Below, piece by piece: positions 11,561 through 20,554 of a DNA stretch of 64,000 bases (within the stretch, counting starts at the first letter, position 1; the number at the start of each line of letters is the position of its first letter). The notes under the pieces were generated by a model, which ran no database searches, was not told the DNA's origin, and saw nothing but the letters and a program-made list of their open reading frames with translations. The stretch is from Eledone cirrhosa. Its lineage: Eukaryota. The DNA is taken from assembly GCA_964016885.1 (NCBI GenBank), contig CAXHJY010000834.1:186001-250000 (forward strand). Reading direction: 5' to 3'. Position numbers and translations under genes: made by a program.

Positions 11561-11939
11561 TTCCTTAAACATTATTAGAGTACTCCTTGTTGTGGAATGT
11601 GATTGAGCGTGTATGTCTGGTCCCAGTATTTTCTTATTTTTCAATATATTATTTTAATATAAATTATGCTTATTTCTATGTATTCTTATAAAAGTAAAAT
11701 AATTTGTAAAGTCTCAATTATGTATCTAAATATGTAACATTATCCTGGGCGGCGAATTGGCGGAGCCACTAGAGGGAGGGAAGTGCAAGATGCCTTACAG
11801 TATTGTTCCAGTTCTCTACTTATATATCAGTTTACGCTTGTCCCCACCCCCATTCTTGTATTGGTTAAACAAGGATCCTCCAGTGCAGCTTTTCACCATG
11901 CAATGTGATTTCTTGTTCTCTCCTATACGAATTTCAGAC

Positions 11940-12065
11940 CCCTGATCTTCTAATGTCTTCTTTGAACTTCCTTCCTTTTGGATTGCTTGACAACTGTCAT
12001 CCTCCGTCAACATCACATGTCCATACCAGCTCAATCTTTTCTCTAGCACTTCAAATTTACATTCA
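11940..12065 (-). mobile_element. RTE LINE fragment
   Basis: Translates as KRLSWYGHVMLTEDDSC. Confidence 0.65.
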
Positions 12066-12474
12066 CTAGAACAAAACATGGACAATTAGCTGGACTCCTA
12101 CAATGTTGTATCTCATAAGAGGTTTCTTGGACGCTTTAATGATGTTGTTACAGCTCACACATATGTAGCTAAATTTCTTTACAACCTTTACATACGCTCT
12201 GAATTCAATGCTCACATTTCGCTGCCATGAGTACGCAAGTGCAATGCAATCTGCCCTTCATTCAGAAAAAGAACCCCTTCGTTCATCGCAGAGGTAATAG
12301 TTCCCTGAATGTTTTCCATGTTATTCTTACTCTGATTACTGTACTTTCAGAACAACCATCCCTACTGCTAATTTCGTGGCTTAGGTAACAGAAGTTAGGA
12401 ACTACTTTTACGGAGATCTCCAAGCATTTAAAATCTTTTGCTTTTTTTATATCTAATAATTATTATTTAGAGTG

Positions 12475-12685
12475 TTGGGTTAGCAGTCATTAGAGCGTCG
12501 GACAACATGCTTTATGACATGTGGTTACGGACCTTTACGTTCTGATTTCAAATCCCGCCGAGATTAGCTTTGCCTTTCATCTTTAGGGATTTGATAAAAT
12601 AAAGTACCAGTAACGCACTGGAGTCGATTTATTGACTTTCCCCTTCCCTTCAAATTACTGGTCTTATGCCCAAAGTACAAACACA
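12475..12685 (+). mobile_element. Older, longer SINE family A variant
   Basis: Same head and core (TTTGCCTTTCATCTTTAGGG...GATAAAATAAAGTACCAGT) with an extra ~30-nt segment before the tail. Confidence 0.75.
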
Positions 12686-12773
12686 TAATTATACACATAG
12701 TAAAGGCTACTGCCTACCTAGTTTGCCTCGACAGTACGTCCTTGGCATGAATGCATATATGTATGTATGTATG

Positions 12774-15345
12774 CTTCTCTTTCTCTTAATTTTGAGTACA
12801 TTTTTGACCGGCCACCTTCCTGGTGGCAAGGTTGTAAAAGAAAAGAAATTGTCATCCCTTGAATTGCAAGAATGCTTTGCAAATTTTGAAGGTGCCAGCT
12901 ATCGCAGCCATTTGTAGTTTATGAATTAGGGAACTGCGCCCTTTGTCCACAAATCCAAGTTCAGCCATACTTTGGTCCAAGCGGGTTGGTATACAACCTG
13001 TAGCTCCAATAATGATGGGTATGAAGCTGAAGGTGTATCTTGGACACTGGATATGAAAACTCCTCATCTGTGGTCCGTAGATGTCCCCCTTCTCTTGTAT
13101 TTTTCTTACAACGTTGACATCAAGTGGGCAGCTGATCTCTACAACAGAGCACGTTTTCAATGTGTGATCCCAAACAACAATATCAGGTCGGTTGTGCTTT
13201 AATTTGGTGGCAGTTTTTATTTTCAGGTTCCACCAGTATTCCTCAGTGCCATCTATCTCAACATATTCTTCCTCGTTTGTTTTTAATTTTGTTTTCCTAA
13301 GTGCGTTCCAGATGGTTCTAGCTATCACGTCGTATCTCATAGGGAGGTAGTAACGAGACGACATTCTTTCACAGTTGGCAACAATGTGGTTAACATCTTC
13401 GATCTTTGTTTTACATAGCTTACATTTATGGTCGACTGATGGCCCTCCTCTTTTGTGTAGCAGATATTTAGTAGGGATTTCTTGTTCCTGTATTGCAGAG
13501 ATATCGTTCAAGGTAGGATGTCATAAACTTATCGGAACTCCATGCCAGGCTTTTTGAATGATTTATCCCCTCTATGGTCTGTGTTTTTCGTCTCAGGTAC
13601 CCATGCACAACTTTCTCTGTAAATTAGTCGATTTTTTAAATCTTGTTCGAGCATTGAATAGGATCTTCCAATGTCCCTGGGAGAGAGATTTATATCAGGC
13701 CTTATTCCATATCTCTCCTCCAGATTAGTGGCTATCCTAATGATATTCATGCTCATAAACCTGGGCAAGATGGTTTCTGACCGTTTTCTTCTGTCGAAGA
13801 TGTTGCTTCAGTGTTACTATTCAGATCTCGCATGATGTTAATACGGATTTTAGACCCTATTTTAGAAGTATAGCCTATCCACATCACCATTGATGTTAAA
13901 GTTTCCAGTAACACTGAGAAGCTTGCGAGTGCTTACATTCATCTCACTTAGTTCTTGCAATGATCAGTTCAGCAGGCCAAATGTTGGTGTTAGGATTGGC
14001 ACAGCATAAGTATTGTGGGCAATGTATTTGTTGTACGCTGAGAGTTCTGATGACCATATTTTCTTTACTCTCCTGAGGTATTCAGTTTTGGTGCTCTCTT
14101 TATTTATGGGCCCATCATATCTGACATTCTCATCCTGTCCAAGATATCTGTAGTTGTCACCTGACTATAGAGGTTGTATTGTCAAGCCGTTCATTTCTAG
14201 ATTTCCAGAGGAGGGTACAACCCTTCCACGTTTTTCTGTCAAATATGCACATTTGGACTCACCAAATTTCATTCTCATGTCTGCAGAAAATTGTGCAATG
14301 AGGTCCAATTGTTTTTTGATATAGTTGGTATTTGGCCCATAAACTTCAGGTCATCAAAAAAAAAAAAAAAAAAAGATGGGAGATACTTCTGGACCCAGTT
14401 CTATGACCACTTTGTTTTGTGAGCAGATATAATAGTGGGTTTAGTGAAAGGGCGAAGAGCAACACTTATAAGCTATCACCCAGAAAGATGCCTTTCTGGT
14501 AGTGTATCGTATCAGTCTCAATTTGCTCCTTCTCACCCCTAAGGATCAAATTGGTGTACCAGTTCTTGGTCAGGCGTTCAACAGCAGCTACTAGTGGTTG
14601 TGGGACTTTGGCTAACTGTAAAGCCTTAATAATCCACCCATGAGGTATACTATCAAAAGCTTTATAATAGTCCAGCCACACCACAGTCATGTTCCTGCGA
14701 TTCTTTGCTGTTTTTTCCTGTACCATTTTATTTGTTAGTAGGTGATCTATGCAGCCACACACCCCCTTCTTTCCACCAGCTTGCTCAGGTGTTATAATGT
14801 TGTTGGTGGCACAATGATCCTGCAAGAACAGGTTAAGGCACCCAGTGTATAATTTATACACGATGTTCTGGCAGGCTATTGGGCGGTAATTTTTAGCAAG
14901 GGTGGTTTGGCTATTTTGGGGGTTGAGGAGAGTAGTAACAGTTGATAACCATTGAGACAGATGGTAACATGCCACTCGATGCTGAAGGCTATGACTGCAT
15001 TGCTACATATTCGTATTTTTGTCGCCTCGTCGTCTGCGAGATCGGAGAAAGTAAATAATAAAAAACAATGGTGCTGAAATTGCTTGTCGTGGGAAGCGAA
15101 GGTTCCTACCTTTGCGTCTCCACACGGGACTAAATCTCCCTGCAATTATTTTACGTCCGGCCAAAGAAAAAAAAGCAAGCCTCATATACTCATTCATAGC
15201 AGCCATGAACATGCACGTCCACACGGTTCAGATCACTTGTCGAAAGAGAGGCCGAAAGGCCGCGGTCACTTTCAATGTGATGTTACTGGCTCCTTGCTTC
15301 CGGCAAGACCACCTTTGCACTTCCGACACCCTAGCCCCACAGATT
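12774..15345 (-). mobile_element. R4/Dong-like RLE LINE pseudocopy (RT, CCHC and PD-D/ExK endonuclease), flanked by (TATG)n
   Basis: RT motifs NYRPIAC, EQAG, WLDYYKAFDSIPH, GIFLGDSL and DDLKF. Also CKLC-x7-H-x4-C zinc knuckle, NRPDIVVWD, EISCP and K..Y. Multiple stops and frameshifts; TATG repeats abut both ends. Confidence 0.88.
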
Positions 15346-15599
15346 GTATGTATGTATGTATGGATGGATGTATGCATGCATGTACGTATGTATGTATTTT
15401 CTTCTGATTTTATAATTTTATAAATGTTTACCAATAGAGAGAGAGAGTCTGTTTCTAACATAGTTACAAGACCCTCTCAAAAAGCGAAAGAACTCATAAG
15501 GGTCAACGGCCATCCAAAAGTGTGTAAATATGTATATATACATGTACATATGTATGTATATGTGTATATACATGGATGCATGTGTATGTATATGCGCGA

Positions 15600-15910
15600 G
15601 GACATAGAAATAGTCGGGCTGGACACCCGATCGCGCTTTAAACCACTGGGAGTGAAGGACCCCTAGCCTTTGTCAGGGCATTCTTCTAGGAGAAGGCAAC
15701 TCAGGAAACTGGGATAACTCCGATATAAAATCTGCGGCTCAGTAGTTACCGATGATGTTGATCTTTTCTTCTTTTCGGGTTATAGCTACTGTCGCTCAGA
15801 GAGTGGGATTGGCTCAGTGCACAGGCATTGCACGATAGAATTAATTAATAATTATTAATAATGGTATATCGTGCAATGGCCATACTCGATAACGAGGGGG
15901 CACCCATCAT
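15600..15910 (+). mobile_element. Probable RTE-related non-autonomous element
   Basis: GGGCATTCTTCTAGGAGAAGGCAACTC resembles the RTE 5'-UTR motif; GC-richer island between microsatellites. Confidence 0.4.
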
Positions 15911-16183
15911 GTATATATGTATGTGTACTTCTAAGTAAAGGTATTTATGTTTTATGTTGATATCTATTTCCCCATTTCCACGGTTGAGCAGGTGAGATAA
16001 TGACAAGAAACAATCGAATCAGTGGTCTGACCAGCCACGGCTGAATGACCACTGATTAACTATGGTATGACCAGTTATAACTGAATAACTACTGATCCCC
16101 AACAGCAACATTTGATGAATCATTCATGTGACATGTGACCAATTACATAGTTTAGTGACGCACTTCACTTATTGATTTCATTG

Positions 16184-16226
<43 letters not shown>

Positions 16227-16736
16227 AAAAGTAGAAGAATATATTCAAATCTCGAATGAGAGTAGAGATAGATATATAAGATTAAATGCCAGCCGTAACT
16301 GCAGCGTGTAGCTCAATGATTATTTATGCAATCCTAATAAGCGTTGCGATAGATGCAAAGTTAGTGCTTATAAAGAGTTAGTGATGCATGTAGGAGGTAA
16401 GCAGAGCATTTATATTCAGAATTACAAGGTAAGAAATCAAATAACACTCATTAAAAAAGCTTATTCACTTATAATTGTTTCTAGTGCCAATATTTTAAGA
16501 GCGGGATTTCAAAATCAAACAGCAGAATTAATCAGAAGTTGCCCACACTTACATTTGTACACCGTCCTCAGAATAAGCAAACATACTTAAATAGAATGCC
16601 GCTTAAAATAAACTTACATCAAGCATTTAAGAACAACACTTTTCTCAGACAATACATATGTTAAATATTTAGTCTTCATTCTCAATATATATATAACTCG
16701 CCCATGGATCTCGGGAATTTCGCCCACCACACACAC

Positions 16737-16791
<55 letters not shown>

Positions 16792-16841
16792 AAGAATGAA
16801 GAGTAACATGGTTGGCTGTACAATAAGGGGCTTTATTTAAA

Positions 16842-16952
16842 ATACTGACACCTGTTTCGTTGATCAGGTGAGTCTAGAGTCCGCTAATCGCTTGAAGTTG
16901 CGTCACTCGATCTCCAATACATTATTTACCTCTGGTCAACACATCAGAGTAC
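16842..16952 (-). ncRNA. Type I hammerhead ribozyme variant (family 1, left arm)
   Basis: GTACT-CTGATGT-GTTGACCAG...CTGATCAAC-GAAAC-AGGT-GTC-AGTAT on the minus strand. Confidence 0.6.
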
Positions 16953-16980
16953 GTAGATATATCTACGTAGACATATCTAC

Positions 16981-17091
16981 GTACTCTGATGTGTTGACCA
17001 GAGGTAAATAATGTATTGGAGATCGAGTGACGCAATTTCAAGCGATTACCGAACTCTAGACTCACCTGATCAACGAAACAAGTGTCAGTAC
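16981..17091 (+). ncRNA. Type I hammerhead ribozyme variant (family 1, right arm)
   Basis: Stem I GTACT/AGTAC, core CTGATGT (A9U variant), stem II GTTGACCAG/CTGATCAAC with a long insert, then GAAAC-AAGT-GTC; AATAAA follows at 17096. Confidence 0.62.
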
Positions 17092-17463
17092 TTTAAATAA
17101 AGCCCCTTATTGTACAGCCAACCATGTTACTCTTCATTCTTTAACTATTATTACTCCAAGTATAACCTGCATAGAAATTACCGTGAACTCGCTGCATAAC
17201 TATGGAAGCATCTTGTTGAGTCAAACAAAGCCGTAGGTTAAAACTATCCACGACGCAGAGTACTCACAACCTCTAATTTGGATTACCTATAACGATAACT
17301 TGTTATCCCATATATATATATATATATATATATCGAGAGAGAGAGAGAGAGAGAGAGATAAGTATTGAAGTTTCCGTTGAAAATTGAAAAAGTCATAGGA
17401 GTGAAGAGTGCTCTATGTAAGTTACAGAGCTAAATTTAATGTATAATAAACAATACAATATAA

Positions 17464-17537
17464 TTACCTCATTACCAGAGGTTTCTCGAATAAGACGAAT
17501 ACAAGAAACGTCCTCATTCGTTCGTCAGACAAGGCAA
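17464..17537 (-). ncRNA. Type I hammerhead ribozyme (family 2, left arm, 9-nt insertion before GAAA)
   Basis: TTGCCTTGT-CTGACGA-ACGAAT...ATTCGT-cttattcga-GAAAC-CTCTG-GTA-ATGAGGTAA on the minus strand. Confidence 0.6.
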
Positions 17538-18443
17538 TTTAAAACATAGTGAAATATTTGAAAATCTCCTCAAGAAAGGCAAAAGTTTAACGGGCAAAAA
17601 AGAAATTATATATATAAAAATAAAATAAGGAAATATAGTAAGGGTATGTGTATAAATGTGTGTATATGCACCTACAAATGTACATATAATGACCCCCCCC
17701 CCCTTGCTTTTTGATTCACTTACTTTATATCTTCACAATTTTACATATTTAACTTCCCCCTTTTCTTTCACTACCTGATAATACTTGTCACTTGTGTTTT
17801 CAACTCCAGATATATTCTGTTGTCCCTCAGCCGCTTTTATGTATGTTTACTTGCGTATAAGTTGTACCCATTTATTCATACGGCTGGTTTTTATATATGT
17901 ATGTATGCGTGTAGTTGTGCATATGTGTGTATACGTGTTTGTATATGTATACGAATGCATTCGTATATGCGCTTGTATGTGTATATGTGTGTGTTTTTAT
18001 ATCTATGTTTTTTACATATATATATATATATATATATATATGGTCGCGTGTGTGTATGTTTATACGCGTGCTTTCATCCTTGTATGTGTATATATTTCAA
18101 TCCTTAGTCCCTGAGTCTGTATGTACGCTAACTCTATTATCTAACAATTTCTTTTTTCAACGTATATTATATACGTATTTGTGGTCACACACACACTGTG
18201 CTTGCCCTCATGTATGTACTCACGCACACATTTTTTCACTATACACATGCATTTGTACATACACACATATGTACATTTGTAGGTGCATATACACACATTT
18301 ATACACATACCCTTACTATATTTTCTTATTTTATTTTTATATATCTCTTGCATTACTTTTATTTATATATCATTTTTTTTTTTTGCTCGTTAAACTTTTG
18401 CCTTTCTTGAGGAGATTTTTCAAATATTTCACTATGTTTTAAA

Positions 18444-18508
18444 TTGCCTTGTCTGACGAACGAATGAGGACGTTTCTTGTATTCGTGAAACCTCTGGTAA
18501 TGAGGTAA
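18444..18508 (+). ncRNA. Type I hammerhead ribozyme (family 2, right arm, canonical core)
   Basis: Stem I TTGCCTTGT/ATGAGGTAA (9 bp including G-U), CTGACGA, stem II ACGAAT/ATTCGT, GAAA, short stem III ACC-TCT-GGT; GUA cleavage triplet at 18497-18499. Confidence 0.8.
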
Positions 18509-18533
18509 TTATATTGTATTGTTTATTATACAT

Positions 18534-18566
<33 letters not shown>

Positions 18567-18567
18567 A

Positions 18568-18625
<58 letters not shown>

Positions 18626-18627
18626 TG

Positions 18628-18667
<40 letters not shown>

Positions 18668-18813
18668 TAAATTTGAGCATGTGTTGGTTAGTTACCGATT
18701 CTTCGGTATGCAGAGTAGACCACTCAACGAAGTACGTAGGTGGGTCTGTTTACTCCGGGGTATTTGAAAACAAGAAGTGTAAGGTTAAAATTAATTTCGT
18801 TTATTCATATTCG

Positions 18814-18870
18814 CTGTTATATATATTTCGGTGATAACCATTATTCAGCAACTATGACCTCATCAGACAG
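18814..18870 (-). ncRNA. Minimal type I hammerhead ribozyme (family 3)
   Basis: CTGT-CTGATGA-GGTCATAGTT...GGTTATCACC-GAAA-T-ATAT-A-TA-ACAG on the minus strand: palindromic loop III, AUA triplet, AATAAA about 9 nt downstream. Confidence 0.78.
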
Positions 18871-19089
18871 GTAGAATTTGAACAGAGAAAACAGAAAACC
18901 ATAATGATGGAACGAAGTTTACCTCTGTTATTTGGATTTTTTGATGCGCCCAGTCCCGAAGTATGGTGTTGTTTTCTCAAAGAACTGGTGGCATATACCT
19001 TCTCCCCCTCCCCCCATAATTATATTCTTCACCCTAAACTACCAAAACACATTTATTTGTATATGCGCTACAATTTACGAACATGTTAT

Positions 19090-19590
19090 GTAGAGACAGA
19101 TGGGAGAGATAGATATAGATATAGAGAGAGAGATATAGATATAGAGAGAGGGAGAGATAGATGTCTATTGATATATATAGAGAGAAATTTGATGAGAGTT
19201 CCGTGTCGTAGATATACAGAGGGAGAGAGTTTAGTGCTAATTGATATATAGAGGGGGGATTGAAAAAGAGTACCGTGTAGTAGATATAGAGAGGGGGAGA
19301 GTTTGGGGTTTATTGATATAGAGGGGAGGATTGGAAGAGAGTTCCATATAGTAGATATAGAGAGGGGGAGTTTGGGGTTAATTGATATAAAGAGTCAGTT
19401 TGGGAGAGTATGTTGTATTGTTGATGTAGAGAGTGCGAGAGTTTGGTGGTATATCAACAACACAGGACTCTCTTCTAATCCCCCTCTCTATATCTACCAT
19501 ACAACACTCTCACTCATTCCCTCTCACTCTATCTATCACTACCAAACTCTTCCCTTTCTCTATATCTATCAATACCTATCTTCTGTGTGA
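19090..19590. repeat. Degenerate GA-rich ~65-70 bp tandem repeat with an inverted terminal portion
   Basis: Repeated TAGTAGATATAGAGAGGG..GAGTTTGG..TTGATATA; 19450-19580 is the reverse-complement form. Confidence 0.65.
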
Positions 19591-20216
19591 TAGACAGAGA
19601 GGAGGTGAGTTTGGTGGTACTCTCGGGTCCCAAATAATAGGAGAGGTGGCAATAATGGGGGGGGGGGGTCTTGGGAAATCAATGATTGTATAGTGTACAT
19701 TCGAAATATGGGATTTCTTGTAATGTTCTTTTGTCATATATAATGTGTTTTTTTAATGTAAAATAAAATAATTATTAGATTCTCCAGCTGCTCTATCAAT
19801 ATGAATCATTTACAATTTAATAAGCGGGTGGGGTGAGGTAGAATAAAAGGGGGAGGGTGACAGAAATCTTACAAATTAATAAGCGGGGGTGGGGACGATT
19901 ATGCAAGACCTGAGAGTACGTGAATTATTGACTGACGTAAGAATGAAAACTCAATACCGAAGTAGAGTTTAAATATTCATTTATTATATCTCGAGTCTCA
20001 CCTGCGTACTCACCAAACAAGACTGGCGATCCTGTGAGTGCACAGGTGAAACTTTAGAGTAACAAAGCTCACCAATAAGCATAATAAATGAATGTGTGAA
20101 TAAATTAGATGAATAAATTAGGTATAATACCAGTTTCTTACCGAATGTGAAAAAGTTCGACATATTAACCCCTTACGAAAGGGAACAGAACATAATTTTT
20201 TTAAATTATATATATA

Positions 20217-20446
20217 CAGTGGTGGGGTAACTGGGGGAGGGATGCCTCCTCCATTAAATATATTTTCTCCCCAAACTACCAAAACACACATCTATTTGGA
20301 TATGAGCTACAATTTATGTACATGTTATGTTTATCGTATATCGAAGTTTTCTAGCCATTTTAGAGTGAAAAAAGCTAAACTAATCATTACAACTAAATTG
20401 TCCAAATTTGGACGCCCCCAATTCAGAAATGTTTCCACCGCCCCTG
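20217..20446. mobile_element. MITE with hAT-like termini
   Basis: Begins CAGTGGTGG, ends CCACCGCCCCTG, with TATATA on both sides; the internal sequence recurs at ~19005-19090. Confidence 0.6.
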
Positions 20447-20454
20447 TATATAAT

Positions 20455-20503
20455 AATTGTTTCTACTTTAGGCACAAGGCCAGCAATTACCCAGTGCATT
20501 ACT
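20455..20503 (-). mobile_element. SINE family A 3' fragment
   Basis: Reverse complement of CAGTAATGCACTGGGTAATTGCTGGCCTTGTGCC..AAGTAGAAACAAT. Confidence 0.8.
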
Positions 20504-20554
20504 GAACTAAGCTAGTTATAATTGCTAACCAATACATTCTACTGTGTTAATTAA

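Larger units (their letters stand above)
16785..17148. repeat. Near-perfect 364-bp palindrome (182-bp arms, no spacer); Penelope pLTR-like
   Basis: Position i pairs with 33933-i from ATAGTTAAAGAATG to CATTCTTTAACTAT with only a handful of mismatches; (TA)n on the left and again at ~17310. Confidence 0.95.
17437..18535. repeat. Inverted-repeat element: arms 17437-17687 and 18267-18535, ~580-bp spacer
   Basis: The arms are reverse complements with two indels; the right arm runs directly into (TA)n. Confidence 0.92.

Noticed and set aside
15240-15345. HDV-like ribozyme at the 5' end of the R4/Dong-like element
   Set aside because: Only a G-U-rich P1 candidate was found; the P3/L3/P1.1 order could not be satisfied by eye.
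16495-16580. CTGAGGA on the minus strand as another hammerhead
   Set aside because: No matching stem II, GAAA-stem III-NUH or stem I could be fitted.
19925-19958. ATTGA-CTGACGT...GAAAAC-TCAAT hammerhead-like string
   Set aside because: It has no stem II pairing and no NUH triplet.
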